Part shown: positions 32,958-43,136 of the stretch, in pieces
Layout of the letters: each line of letters begins with the position of its first letter
Position numbering within the stretch: the stretch's first letter is position 1
Source: Alphaproteobacteria bacterium
Lineage (GTDB): Bacteria > Pseudomonadota > Alphaproteobacteria > SHVR01
NCBI GenBank assembly: GCA_009694185.1
Contig: SHVR01000003.1
Coordinates: forward strand, 15,058 to 79,057
DNA: 64,000 bases
Reading direction: 5' to 3'
Program-made: the position numbers and the translations under genes
Notes under the pieces: model-generated
Seen by the model: only the letters and a program-made list of their open reading frames with translations
What the model was told of the DNA's origin: nothing
Database searches by the model: none

Positions 32958-35609
32958 ATGGCGACAACCACCGAGATCCGCAAGACTTTCCTGGACTTCT
33001 TCGCCCGCCACGGCCACGCGATCGTCGCCTCAAGCCCGCTGGTGCCGCGCAACGATCCGACCCTGATGTTCACCACCGCCGGCATGGTGCAGTTCAAGAA
33101 CGTCTTCACCGGCGCCGAGCGGCGCGACTATGCGCGCGCGGCCACATCCCAGAAGTGCGTGCGCGCCGGCGGCAAGCACAATGATCTCGAGAATGTCGGT
33201 TATACGGCCCGCCATCACACCTTTTTCGAGATGCTGGGCAATTTCTCGTTCGGCGACTATTTCAAGCCGCTTGCCATTGAGCTCGCCTGGAACCTGATAA
33301 CCAAGGAATACGGCCTGGCGAAGGACCGCCTGCTGGTCACGGTCTATGCCGAGGACGAGGACGCGGCCGGACTCTGGCGCAAGATCGCCGGCCTCTCGGA
33401 CGAGCGCATCATCCGTATCGCCACCAGCGACAATTTCTGGGCCATGGGCGACACCGGCCCGTGCGGGCCATGCTCGGAGATCTTCTACGACCATGGCCCC
33501 CATGTCGCCGGCGGCCCGCCCGGCAGCGCCGACCAGGATGGCGACCGGTTCGTCGAGGTCTGGAACCTGGTCTTCATGCAGTATGAGCAGGTGGCCAAGG
33601 ACCAGCGGCTCGACCTGCCCAAGCCCTCGATCGATACCGGCATGGGGCTGGAGCGGATCGCCAGCATCCTGCAAGGCAAGCACGACAATTACGATATCGA
33701 CCTGATGCGCGGCCTGATCCTCGCCTCGGCGGAGGCCTCGAACGTGCCGGCCGACGGCCGGCATGCCGTCTCGCACCGGGTCATCGCCGACCATTTGCGG
33801 GCCACCAGCTTCCTCATCGCCGACGGCGTTCTGCCCTCGAACGAGGGCCGCGGCTATGTGCTGCGCCGGATCATGCGCCGCGCCATGCGCCATGCCCATA
33901 TGCTGGGCGCCAGCGAGCCGCTGATCTGGCGCCTGGTGCCGGCGCTGGTCGACGCCATGGGCCTCGCCTATCCGGAATTGACGCGGGCACAGGCACTTAT
34001 CACGGAAACCTTGAAGCTCGAGGAGAGCCGCTTCAAGACGACGCTCGAACGCGGCCTTCGACTACTCGATGAAGAGACCGGAAAATTACCATCCGGGAGT
34101 AACTTACCGGGTGAAGTTGCATTTCGACTTTACGACACTTTCGGGTTTCCCCTCGACTTGACCCAGGACGTGCTGCGCGGCCGTGGGCGCGCCGTCGACG
34201 TCGGTGGGTTCGATACGGCCATGGCACGCCAGCGGGCCGAGGCGCGCCGCGCCTGGGCCGGGTCGGGCGAGGCGGCGACCGAGCAGCTCTGGTTCGATCT
34301 TCGCGAGCGGCACGGCGCCAGCGAGTTTCTCGGCTATGGCGCCGAGATGGCCGAAGGCCAGGTGTTGGCCCTGGTGGTCGATGGCCAACCGGTCGCCCGC
34401 GCCGAGGCGGGCGTGGCATCGGTCCGGATCATCGTCAATCAGACGCCCTTCTATGGCGAGTCCGGCGGCCAGGTGGGCGATGCCGGCGTCATGTTTGGCG
34501 CCGCCGGCACCGAGGTCGCTATTACCGACTGCCAGAAGAAGCTCGGCGATCTCGTTGTGCATACGGGCGAGGTGACCCGTGGCGCCCTCACGGTGGGCGA
34601 TGCCGTTGAAATGCGCGTCGATGGCGAACGTCGCGCCGCCATCCGGCGCAATCACTCCGCCACCCACCTGTTGCACGCGGCCCTTCGCCGGGCGCTGGGT
34701 GAGCATGTGACGCAAAAAGGTTCTCTGGTTTCGCCCGATCGCCTCCGCTTCGACATTGCCCATCCCAAGCCGGTGACGGCGGCGGAATTGGCGGCGGCGG
34801 CGGCGGCGGTGAATGCCCGTGTGCGCGAGAACAGCGCGGTCGCGACCCGGCTGATGGCCACCGACGAAGCCGTCGCGGCGGGCGCCATGGCGCTTTTCGG
34901 CGAGAAATATGGCGACGAGGTGCGGGTCGTCACCATGGGCGACGAGAGCGGCGGAAAACCCTACTCGGTCGAGCTTTGCGGCGGCACCCACGTTCAGCGC
35001 ACCGGCGACATTGGCAATTTCGTCTTGCTGGGCGAGGGCGCGGTCGCGGCGGGCGTGCGCCGTATCGAGGCACTGACCGGCGCCGGCGCCGAGGCCTACG
35101 TCGCCGACCGGATCGCCAAGCTCGGCCACGCGGCCCAGCTTCTCCGTAGCTCGCCCGACGATGTCGCCGAGCGCATCCAGGCCCTGGCGGGCGAGCGCCG
35201 CCGGCTCGAGCGCGAAGTGAGCGAGCTGCGCCAGAAGCTCGCCTCGGGCGGTGACGGCGCGGCGGCGATGGCCACGAAGCAGGTCGCCGGCATGGCGTTC
35301 TCGGCCCGAACCATCTGGGGTGTGCCGGCCAAGGAGCTGCGCGGCATGGCCGATGCCATGCGCCAGCGCTTGGGTTCGGGGGTGGTGGCGATCGTCGCGA
35401 CCGACCAGGGCAAGGCGTCTCTCGTGGTGGCGGTGTCCGCCGATCTGACGGGCCGGGTCAGCGCCGTCGATTTGGCGCGCGCCGGCGCCGAGGCGCTGGG
35501 CGGCAAGGGCGGCGGCGGGCGGCCCGACATGGCCCAGGCGGGCGGCCCCGATGCGACCGCCGCCGACGCCGCGCTCACGGCGATCGAAGCGGCGCTCGCG
35601 AAGGCGTAG
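32958..35609 (+). CDS. alaS: Alanine--tRNA ligase
   Basis: 883-aa ORF starting [50 protein letters not shown], the canonical AlaS sequence. Confidence 0.97.
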   Translation: MATTTEIRKTFLDFFARHGHAIVASSPLVPRNDPTLMFTTAGMVQFKNVFTGAERRDYARAATSQKCVRAGGKHNDLENVGYTARHHTFFEMLGNFSFGDYFKPLAIELAWNLITKEYGLAKDRLLVTVYAEDEDAAGLWRKIAGLSDERIIRIATSDNFWAMGDTGPCGPCSEIFYDHGPHVAGGPPGSADQDGDRFVEVWNLVFMQYEQVAKDQRLDLPKPSIDTGMGLERIASILQGKHDNYDIDLMRGLILASAEASNVPADGRHAVSHRVIADHLRATSFLIADGVLPSNEGRGYVLRRIMRRAMRHAHMLGASEPLIWRLVPALVDAMGLAYPELTRAQALITETLKLEESRFKTTLERGLRLLDEETGKLPSGSNLPGEVAFRLYDTFGFPLDLTQDVLRGRGRAVDVGGFDTAMARQRAEARRAWAGSGEAATEQLWFDLRERHGASEFLGYGAEMAEGQVLALVVDGQPVARAEAGVASVRIIVNQTPFYGESGGQVGDAGVMFGAAGTEVAITDCQKKLGDLVVHTGEVTRGALTVGDAVEMRVDGERRAAIRRNHSATHLLHAALRRALGEHVTQKGSLVSPDRLRFDIAHPKPVTAAELAAAAAAVNARVRENSAVATRLMATDEAVAAGAMALFGEKYGDEVRVVTMGDESGGKPYSVELCGGTHVQRTGDIGNFVLLGEGAVAAGVRRIEALTGAGAEAYVADRIAKLGHAAQLLRSSPDDVAERIQALAGERRRLEREVSELRQKLASGGDGAAAMATKQVAGMAFSARTIWGVPAKELRGMADAMRQRLGSGVVAIVATDQGKASLVVAVSADLTGRVSAVDLARAGAEALGGKGGGGRPDMAQAGGPDATAADAALTAIEAALAKA

Positions 35610-35732
35610 CGCCGCCCGAATCGGCCCGGCGAGAGGGTCGCTCTAGCGGAAGGCACCTCCGCCGAGGTAGGCTCGTTCGCGGGCGGGACCCGCTGGCTCG
35701 TTGCAACGCTGTTCAGGGGAGGTAGACACGCC

Positions 35733-36842
35733 ATGGAGATCGGTTCATTTACGCGAGCGGCCCAGGTCGCGGCCGTCGCCGCCACGCTGGCGTTCGCCGG
35801 CACGGCGCACGCTCAGCAGCCTCGAACCCTCAAGATGCAGTCGGCGGTCCCGCCATCCGCCACCTCGCAGGACGCCTTCAAGTTCTTCGCCGATCGGGTC
35901 GACAAGCTGACTGGCGGCAACCTCAAGATCGATGTGCTGGCGGGCGGCGCGGTCGTGCCGCCCTTCGAGATCCTGGATGCCACGCACAAGAAGGTGCTCG
36001 ATGGTGCTTACGGCATCTCCTACTGGTGGTACGGCAAGAATGTTGCCGCCACGCTGTTTTCGAATACCCCGGCTGGCATTGCCGGCATGGATGCCATCGA
36101 CTTCATCGGTTGGGTCTATGACGCCGGCGGTCTCGAGCTGTGGCACGAGTTCTATCAGAAGGAGCTGAAGCTCAATCTGGTGGCGTTTCCAAGCATTCCG
36201 CCGAGCCCGCAGGCACTCGGCTGGTTCAAGCGCCCGATCAAGGACCTCGCCGACTTCAAAGGCATGAAGTGCCGCCAGACCGGCATCGTTTCCCAGCTCT
36301 ACGCCAAGATGGGCATGGCTGTCGTCAACATGCCGGGAGGCGAAATCCTGCCCGCCGCCGAGCGTGGCACCATCGATTGCGCGGAGTGGGTGGGCGGCGT
36401 CGAGGACCTGCGCCTTGGACTGCATACGGTTTGGAAGTACCATTACACGCCGGGAATGCACGAGAGCGCCTCGGTCGCCGAGCTCGCCATCAACAAGGAC
36501 GTTTGGGACAGCCTGCCGGCCCAGAACCGGGAAGCCATCAAGTCGGCCAACTCGGAGACCTTCCTGCGCTGGTGGGCGACGTGGCAGATGCAGAACGCGG
36601 ACGCCATCGAGGAGTTTAGAACGAAGCATGGCGTCAAGCTCTTGACGACACCGCCCGAGATCAACAAGGCCTTCCTCAAGACGTGGGACGAGTTCGCCGC
36701 CGCGGAGTCCGCGAAGAATCCGTTCTTCAAGAAAGTCTATGATTCTCAGCGGGCCTATGCGTCGAAAGTCGTGCCGGCCAAGCGCTTCATGTTCCCGCCC
36801 TATGCATTTCAGGCGGACCACTACTGGCCCGTCAAAGAATAG
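35733..36842 (+). CDS. TRAP transporter substrate-binding protein (COG4663-type, mannitol/chloroaromatic family)
   Basis: 369-aa ORF with a signal peptide (AAVAATLAFAGTAHAQQ) and a conserved YWWYGKN region. Confidence 0.85.
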   Translation: MEIGSFTRAAQVAAVAATLAFAGTAHAQQPRTLKMQSAVPPSATSQDAFKFFADRVDKLTGGNLKIDVLAGGAVVPPFEILDATHKKVLDGAYGISYWWYGKNVAATLFSNTPAGIAGMDAIDFIGWVYDAGGLELWHEFYQKELKLNLVAFPSIPPSPQALGWFKRPIKDLADFKGMKCRQTGIVSQLYAKMGMAVVNMPGGEILPAAERGTIDCAEWVGGVEDLRLGLHTVWKYHYTPGMHESASVAELAINKDVWDSLPAQNREAIKSANSETFLRWWATWQMQNADAIEEFRTKHGVKLLTTPPEINKAFLKTWDEFAAAESAKNPFFKKVYDSQRAYASKVVPAKRFMFPPYAFQADHYWPVKE

Positions 36843-36872
36843 GGTTGGGGTTGACGAACCCGTTGGGTTGAC

Positions 36873-36894
36873 GAGGGCGGCCTCGGCCGCCCTC
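36873..36894. terminator. Perfect GC hairpin between convergent genes (possible bidirectional terminator)
   Basis: gagggcggcc-tc-ggccgccctc, a 10-bp perfect stem. No clear U-run on either side. Confidence 0.4.
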
Positions 36895-36932
36895 GCCCTG
36901 GGGCGGGGTCATCGAGACTTGGTCGGTGCCAC

Positions 36933-38468
36933 CTACCTCACCGCATGCGGCAGCCACAGCGCGATCGCCGGGAACAGCAGCAGCAGCAGGAGAACGATCA
37001 CCTGGATGACCATGTAGTCGGCCATGCCCTTGTAGATCGTCACCAGACTCCATTGCGGAACGACATTACGCAGATAGTACGCCGACATGGCAACAGGCGG
37101 ACTCAAGAACGCCGTTTGCATATTCACGGCGGTCAGGACGCCAAACCAGATCAGCAAGTCGAGCTTGCCCAGGCCGAGCTGGAGCTTTTCGACCACCGGC
37201 AGAACGATCGGCATGAAGACCAGGATGATCACAGGCCACTCGAACGGCCATCCCAAGATGAAAAAGATGACCATGATCACCGCGAGCTTCCACCAGTCTC
37301 CCAGGGGAACGGCGAGGAGCGTGTTGGTGATCAAGTTTGCCGTGCCAAGCTTCGTGAAGACAGCGCCGAACACAGTCGAAGCCACGGCCAGAAACAGCAC
37401 CATGGCCGACGTCACCATTGTGCCAACGGCGGCGTTGCCGGCCGACGCGATGCCGAGCCGGCCATAGACAAGCGCCAGGAGGGCGGCACCGAAGGCGCCG
37501 CATGAGGCGGCCTCGGTCGGCGTTGCCAATCCACCGACGATGCTGCCGAGCGTAAATCCGATCAGCGCGCTCAGGGGAGCGATACCCAGTACGACGGCAC
37601 GGAAGTATGCGTTCTGGAAGTAGGGGAACGCCGCCAGCAGCGCCGGCACCAGGGCGACGGCCGAAACGTCGAACGGGCCGATGGCGAGGGCAAGACGCGG
37701 GACGCCCGCCTGGCCCAACAACAAGTCCGCCACCAGATAGGTCATCACCATCAAGCAGACGAGACCCAATCCCACCACGGGAGCGCCCACCTTTTCCGTG
37801 GTCATGGCGTCATAGGCGAACTTGCGCTCCGCCATCGTCATGGGCGGACCAAGCTTCGGATCGATGAAGCTGCGGGTGAGCGTATAGGCGATGTAGCAGC
37901 TAGCCAGCAGAAAGCCCGGACCAAACGCCGCCGAATACAGCAGATTGACGGGCACCCCCATGGTCGGGCCCATCACCACCAGCATCACGCTGGGCGGGAT
38001 CAGAATGCCGAGCGTGCCCCCGGCGGCGATGGCGCCGGATGACAGTCGGGCGTCATAGCCCGCCTTGATCATCATCGGGGCCGCCATGATGCCGAGGACC
38101 GTCACGGCGGCGCCCACGATGCCGGTCGCCATGGCAAAGATCGTCGCCGTCAGGATGACCGCGAGATAGAGCGAGCCTCGCACCGGCGCGAGCAGGCTGC
38201 GGAGGGCCCCGAAAAGCCGCTCCATGAGCCCAGCCTGCTCGGTCATATAGCCCATGAAGATGAACAGCGGCACGGCCGGAAATATTTCGTCCTTCATCGC
38301 GCCCCAGATCTGGAGATAGGCCAGGTTGAACGTCTGCTCCCAGCCCAGTCCGAACCCGCCAAAAATGAGGGCGAGAAACAACAGCGTGAACGAGATCGGG
38401 AAACCGATGAAGATGACCGCGACCATGCCGAAGAGCATGATGAGTCCCAGGATCTCGGCATAGCTCAT
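36933..38468 (-). CDS. dctM: TRAP transporter large permease (DctM, COG4664-type long form)
   Basis: 511-aa polytopic ORF starting MSYAEILGLIMLFGMVAVIFIGFPISFTLLFLALIFGG. Confidence 0.9.
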   Translation of the reverse strand: MSYAEILGLIMLFGMVAVIFIGFPISFTLLFLALIFGGFGLGWEQTFNLAYLQIWGAMKDEIFPAVPLFIFMGYMTEQAGLMERLFGALRSLLAPVRGSLYLAVILTATIFAMATGIVGAAVTVLGIMAAPMMIKAGYDARLSSGAIAAGGTLGILIPPSVMLVVMGPTMGVPVNLLYSAAFGPGFLLASCYIAYTLTRSFIDPKLGPPMTMAERKFAYDAMTTEKVGAPVVGLGLVCLMVMTYLVADLLLGQAGVPRLALAIGPFDVSAVALVPALLAAFPYFQNAYFRAVVLGIAPLSALIGFTLGSIVGGLATPTEAASCGAFGAALLALVYGRLGIASAGNAAVGTMVTSAMVLFLAVASTVFGAVFTKLGTANLITNTLLAVPLGDWWKLAVIMVIFFILGWPFEWPVIILVFMPIVLPVVEKLQLGLGKLDLLIWFGVLTAVNMQTAFLSPPVAMSAYYLRNVVPQWSLVTIYKGMADYMVIQVIVLLLLLLFPAIALWLPHAVR

Positions 38469-38474
38469 GGTTTG

Positions 38475-39071
38475 TCAGACCTCGATCTTCTCGTGCTTGG
38501 TCAAGAACTCGCCGGTTCGCCAAGCCCAGAGACTTTTCATGAGCTCCGAGATGCCCTGCCAGAACAGCATCATGGCGGTCAGCGGAATGACGCCGCGCAG
38601 CGGCCACAGGACCGGCGTCCAGGCACCGGAGCTCGCGCGCTCGTCGATCGAAAGCGAGTAGAAGAAATCGTCGATCGAGATGAAAAACAGCACGACCATG
38701 GTCGGCAGGAAGAACAGCAGAAATGCCAAGCTGTCGATCATGCCCTTGGTGCGGTCGGAGAACCCATCCCAGAGCATGTCGGTGCGGACGTGCGCGCCCT
38801 TGAGAAGCGCCAGCGCGGACCCCAACATGAACAGGGCCGCGTACGACATCGTCGTCACATCGAGTGCCCAGATCGTCGGATCCTTGAGAACGTAGCGAGC
38901 GAAGACCTCGATCACATTCGCGAAGATCAGGGGAATGAGCAGGAGTACGAAGAGGTAGCGCGTCCATTCCGTGAGCCTGTCGATTCCGCGGATGACGGCC
39001 AAATAGCCACGGGGTGGTGTTGGCGGGGAGGCGATGCCGGTCATGGCAGGGGCAATTCCCTTGCTGGTCAA
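38475..39071 (-). CDS. dctQ: TRAP transporter small permease (DctQ, COG4665-type)
   Basis: 198-aa ORF with 4 predicted TM segments, immediately upstream of dctM. Confidence 0.85.
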   Translation of the reverse strand: MTSKGIAPAMTGIASPPTPPRGYLAVIRGIDRLTEWTRYLFVLLLIPLIFANVIEVFARYVLKDPTIWALDVTTMSYAALFMLGSALALLKGAHVRTDMLWDGFSDRTKGMIDSLAFLLFFLPTMVVLFFISIDDFFYSLSIDERASSGAWTPVLWPLRGVIPLTAMMLFWQGISELMKSLWAWRTGEFLTKHEKIEV

Positions 39072-39135
39072 CCGATCCCCGGAGGCCGTTTGCCTTGGGG
39101 TATCTGATGCGAAAAGCGGCTCGCCATCCGGCCCG

Positions 39136-40350
39136 CTAGGCCAACGCCTGCTTCAGGTTCTCGTCGAGCTTGTCCATGAACTTGGCGGTCGAGAGCCACT
39201 TCTGGTTCGGGCCAACCAGCAGCGCCAGATCCTTGGTCATGTGGCCGGCCTCGACGCTGTCGACGCAGACCTTTTCCAGGGTTCGGGCGAAGGTCACCAC
39301 GTCGGGGGTGTTGTCGAAACGGCCGCGATATTGCAGGGCCTGGGTCCAGGCGAAGATCGAGGCGATCGCATTGGTCGAGGTCTCGCGACCGGCCTGATGC
39401 TCGCGGAAATGGCGGGTGACGGTGCCGTGCGCCGCTTCAGCCTCGACCGTATTGCCATCGGGTGTCAGCAGCACCGAGGTCATCATGCCGAGCGAGCCAT
39501 AGCCCTGCGCCACCGTATCGGACTGCACGTCGCCATCATAGTTCTTGCAGGCCCACAGGAAGCCGCCGCTCCATTTCAGCGCGGCCGCCACCATGTCGTC
39601 GATCAGCCGGTGCTCGTAGGTGAGCTTCTTCGCCTTGAAGGATGCCGCGAACTCCTTGTCGAAGACCTGCTGGAAGAGATCCTTGAAGCGCCCGTCATAG
39701 GCCTTGAGGATGGTGTTCTTGGTCGAGAGATAGACCGGAAAGTTTCGGCTGAGCCCGTAGTTGAGACAGGCGCGGGCGAAGCCCAGGATCGACTCGTCCA
39801 GATTATACATGGTCATGGCGATGCCGCTGCCGGGGAAGTCGAACACCTCGCGGACGATCGGCGCGCTGTTGTCGGCCGGCTGGAAGGTGACCGTGAGCTT
39901 GCCCTTGCCGGGCACCAGGAAGTCCGTGGCCCGGTACTGGTCGCCATAGGCGTGGCGGCCGATGACGATCGGCAGGGTCCAACCCGGCACCAGGCGGGGC
40001 ACGTTCCGGCAGATGATCGGCTCGCGGAACACGGTGCCGCCCAGGATGTTGCGGATCGTGCCGTTGGGCGACTTCCACATGGATTTCAGCTTGAATTCCT
40101 CGACCCGCGCCTCGTCGGGCGTGATGGTGGCGCATTTGACGCCGACACCGTATTTCTTGATTGCCTCGGCGGAGTCGACGGTCACTTGATCGTCGGTCCG
40201 GTCGCGATGTTCCATGCCGAGGTCGTAATATTTCAGGTCGATATCGAGATAGGGCTCGATCAGCTTGTCCTTGATCATCCGCCAGATGATCCGGGTCATC
40301 TCATCACCGTCCAGTTCGACGACCGGCGTCGCCACCTTGATCTTCGCCAT
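39136..40350 (-). CDS. icd: NADP-dependent isocitrate dehydrogenase (eukaryote-like homodimeric type)
   Basis: Start [45 protein letters not shown] (ATG 40350). Canonical sequence of ~404 aa. Confidence 0.95.
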   Translation of the reverse strand: MAKIKVATPVVELDGDEMTRIIWRMIKDKLIEPYLDIDLKYYDLGMEHRDRTDDQVTVDSAEAIKKYGVGVKCATITPDEARVEEFKLKSMWKSPNGTIRNILGGTVFREPIICRNVPRLVPGWTLPIVIGRHAYGDQYRATDFLVPGKGKLTVTFQPADNSAPIVREVFDFPGSGIAMTMYNLDESILGFARACLNYGLSRNFPVYLSTKNTILKAYDGRFKDLFQQVFDKEFAASFKAKKLTYEHRLIDDMVAAALKWSGGFLWACKNYDGDVQSDTVAQGYGSLGMMTSVLLTPDGNTVEAEAAHGTVTRHFREHQAGRETSTNAIASIFAWTQALQYRGRFDNTPDVVTFARTLEKVCVDSVEAGHMTKDLALLVGPNQKWLSTAKFMDKLDENLKQALA

Positions 40351-40401
40351 CGCTTGACTCCCGAACGAATTCGGCCCGGACCATAGCACCGCTGGCCATG
40401 A

Positions 40402-40731
40402 GTGCAAGGCGGCCGGCCGGCGGGCTCAAACGGGCGCCGGTCCCAATTGCTTGCCAGGCGCGCGCGGAAGGATCGGGCTCACAGGCCCGGGATTGTCCGG
40501 CACCGGCATTCCCGGTCCAAACGCGGCGCCGAAAACGGCGCCGCGAGCGAGCTGGTCGGCACGTCGAAAGAATTGGTCGGCAACGCCATCGGAACCGCGA
40601 TCGCCACCGCGCACGGCACGCTGCGCAATCTCGACTGGTTCGAGGTTGTCAATATCCGCGGCGGCATAGCCAATGGCGAGGTAGCGGATTTCCTGGTCAC
40701 CATCAAGATAGGCTTCCGCTACGAGAAGTAG
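40402..40731 (+). CDS. Dodecin family flavin-binding protein; start codon uncertain
   Basis: The C-terminal ~65 aa, [60 protein letters not shown], match the dodecin pattern. The only upstream in-frame ATG (40402) adds a ~40-aa Arg-rich extension. Confidence 0.7.
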   Translation: MQGGRPAGSNGRRSQLLARRARKDRAHRPGIVRHRHSRSKRGAENGAASELVGTSKELVGNAIGTAIATAHGTLRNLDWFEVVNIRGGIANGEVADFLVTIKIGFRYEK

Positions 40732-40747
40732 GCGAGGGCGCCGGCCT

Positions 40748-41338
40748 CTAAAACCGGGCGCTGGCGGCTGGCGTGGCGGGCGCGTCCGTGGCGATGGCGT
40801 CAAGCACTTGGTCCACATCGTCGACGATGGCGAGCAGGCGGGTCGACTCCGGCGCGGCGAAGCCGTGCCGGACGGCCGCCTCGAGCAGCGCCCGGAGTGG
40901 CCGCCAATAGCCCGCCACATCGACCAGGACGATCGGCTTGTCGTGCAGGCCGAGTTGGCGCCAGGTCATGATCTCCATGGTCTCGTCGAGGGTGCCGAGG
41001 CCGCCCGGCAGGATGACGAAGGCGTCGGCCCGCTCGAACATGGCGGCCTTGCGGGCGTGCATGCTGTCGACGACCACCATGTCGGTGACGGCGCCATGGC
41101 CGACTTCGCGTTGTTTCAGGAATTCCGGGATCACCCCCACCACCCGGCCACCGCCGCCGATGACCGCGTCGGCCAGCACGCCCATCAGGCCGATGCCGCC
41201 GCCGCCATAGACCAGGGTGATGCCGTGGGCGGCGAGGATGGCGCCGAAGCGCTGGGCGGCCCGCCCATGGGCCGGATCGCGGCCAACGCGCGAGCCGCAG
41301 AAAACGCAGATCGAACGGGGCTTTGGTATGGCCGGCAT
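40748..41338 (-). CDS. LOG family protein (TIGR00730, cytokinin riboside 5'-monophosphate phosphoribohydrolase-like)
   Basis: Start MPAIPKPRSICVFCGSRVG...VYGGGGIGLMG...PGGLGTLDE (ATG 41338). Confidence 0.9.
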   Translation of the reverse strand: MPAIPKPRSICVFCGSRVGRDPAHGRAAQRFGAILAAHGITLVYGGGGIGLMGVLADAVIGGGGRVVGVIPEFLKQREVGHGAVTDMVVVDSMHARKAAMFERADAFVILPGGLGTLDETMEIMTWRQLGLHDKPIVLVDVAGYWRPLRALLEAAVRHGFAAPESTRLLAIVDDVDQVLDAIATDAPATPAASARF

Positions 41339-41457
41339 GCGGGTGGCAACCGATATATTCGAGGGACCGGAACGATAACTTATCCGCGACGGCCGCGCGC
41401 TCGTCTCGTGGCCCTCGCCGCCTGGGCACGCTATCATGCCACGGCAATCTCCGGGCG

Positions 41458-42564
41458 ATGCTTGGGTTGGGCGGGCGACGAATTGGGCGAGGCCGTGTGC
41501 GACGGATCGTAGTAACGGGAATTGCCGGACTGTTGGTCCTGGGGCTGGCCTTGATGTTCAATCAAGACCTGGGCGAGGAGGCGCGTGAAGCGCCAGCGGC
41601 AACAGTAGCCGCTGGGCCCGCGGCGGAACCCGGACCGCCCTCGGAGGCGCCGGTGCCGGCCGCGCCGCCCGCGCATGAGGTGCCGCGTCCCCCGGCTCCG
41701 CCCGAAGCGATCAGGCCGACCTTCGATGTGGTTCGTGTCAACCGCGATGGCGATGTCGTCATGGCGGGCCGGGCGGCGCCGGGTGCCGTCGTGACGGTGC
41801 TCGATGGCAGTCGGATTGTCGGCGAGGCGACGGCGGATGCGCGCGGGGAATGGGTCTTGCTGCCGTCCCAGCCCCAGCCGCCGGGCGATCGGGAACTCAG
41901 CCTGAGCGCACGTCTGGCCGGGGGCGAGGCGAGCGAGTCGGCGACGGTGGTCGTCCTCTCGGTACCCGAACGGGACACCCGGCAGCGTGACGGCGGCGGC
42001 GCCCTGGTCGTGGCCATGCCGCGCGACGGCGCCGGGCCGAGCCGCATCCTCCAGCCACGCGAAAGTGCCGGGGCGCTGCCCGACCCCGCCAGTGCCGCGA
42101 TCGCGGCCGAAGGCGCCAGGCGACTGAGTGTCGACACGATCGACTACGATACCCTGGGCAAGGTGGCGTTGCGCGGGCACGCGACGCCGGGCGCCACGGT
42201 GGAGATCGAGGTCGGCGGACGGCGCGTGGGCTCGGCCGCGGCGGACGGCGGCGGCAACTGGGTGCTCTCGCCCTCGGACGAGCTGGCGGCGGGCCCGCAC
42301 AATCTGACTATACTCGAGCTATTGTCGGATGGCCGCGTGGGGGTGCGCATGGCCTTGCCATTTTACCGCGCCGAGGGCAAGGACTTGCCGGCCGATGCCG
42401 TGGTCGTGGTGCAGCCCGGTGCCAGCCTGTGGCGGATCGCCCGGCGTAGCTACGGCTCCGGGGTTCGGTTCACGGAGATTTATGAAGCCAATCGGTCGCA
42501 AATCCGCGATCCGGACATGATCTTTCCGGGTCAGGTCTTCACCCTGCCGAACCGCGTCAATTGA
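41458..42564 (+). CDS. LysM peptidoglycan-binding domain protein with N-terminal TM anchor, Pro-rich linker and two Ig-like repeats
   Basis: Start MLGLGGRRIGRGRVRRIVVTGIAGLLVLGLALMF (ATG 41458). The modules DGDVVMAGRAAPGAVVTVLDG...GEWVLLP and GKVALRGHATPGATVEIEVGG...GNWVLSP repeat. The C-terminal LysM reads VVVQPGASLWRIARRSYGSGVRFTEIYEANRSQIRDPDMIFPGQVFTLP. Confidence 0.85.
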   Translation: MLGLGGRRIGRGRVRRIVVTGIAGLLVLGLALMFNQDLGEEAREAPAATVAAGPAAEPGPPSEAPVPAAPPAHEVPRPPAPPEAIRPTFDVVRVNRDGDVVMAGRAAPGAVVTVLDGSRIVGEATADARGEWVLLPSQPQPPGDRELSLSARLAGGEASESATVVVLSVPERDTRQRDGGGALVVAMPRDGAGPSRILQPRESAGALPDPASAAIAAEGARRLSVDTIDYDTLGKVALRGHATPGATVEIEVGGRRVGSAAADGGGNWVLSPSDELAAGPHNLTILELLSDGRVGVRMALPFYRAEGKDLPADAVVVVQPGASLWRIARRSYGSGVRFTEIYEANRSQIRDPDMIFPGQVFTLPNRVN

Positions 42565-43048
42565 GCCCTGCGACGAGGCTCGGGCGGCTTTCCGGGCGCC
42601 GGGGGGGCAAGTACTCGGCGAGGGCCGCGATCTCGGGCGCGAGTTCGGCCATGAAGGCCGCCGCCGTCGCGACGAGACCGACGGGGTTGAGGGGAACCGG
42701 CGCTTCTATCCGGCGGCGCGCGGAAATGGAGCGGCCGTCGCTCGTGAGCACGCCATGCCGGCGGCGAATATGGCTCAGCATGGCGCGGCGCGTGCTGGAA
42801 GTGGGAGGGTTCGCCGCGCTGAAGGGGACGTGGCCCTGCAGGGCGTCGAATTGGATCCAGGTCGTGCCGTCCACCGCCACCGTCTCGGCCTCGACGGCAA
42901 TGCCACAACACGCGAACCGAAAGGTGAACGGCCGCTCGCCGGCCGTCGGCAGAAGGCAGAACCCGGTCTTCAACAGCCGGCCATTGCCGTCACGCTCGCT
43001 TAGCTCGCGGCCGAGAAAGCCGGCCACGGCGCGGAGATCGTTCAACAT
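42557..43048 (-). CDS. Hypothetical protein (163 aa)
   Basis: MLNDLRAVAGFLGRELSERDGNGRLLKTGFCLLPTAGERPFTFRF... My codon-by-codon reading shows strongly GC3-biased codons. No family recognised. The 3' end overlaps the LysM gene end by 8 nt. Confidence 0.5.
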   Translation of the reverse strand: MLNDLRAVAGFLGRELSERDGNGRLLKTGFCLLPTAGERPFTFRFACCGIAVEAETVAVDGTTWIQFDALQGHVPFSAANPPTSSTRRAMLSHIRRRHGVLTSDGRSISARRRIEAPVPLNPVGLVATAAAFMAELAPEIAALAEYLPPRRPESRPSLVAGLN

Positions 43049-43136
43049 CGCCCATCCCCGTTACAAAGCTTCTCTATACTCATAGGGGAGCGGCGCTTAA
43101 CAACCGATAAATTGGCCCCAACGACAGAGTGGCAGC

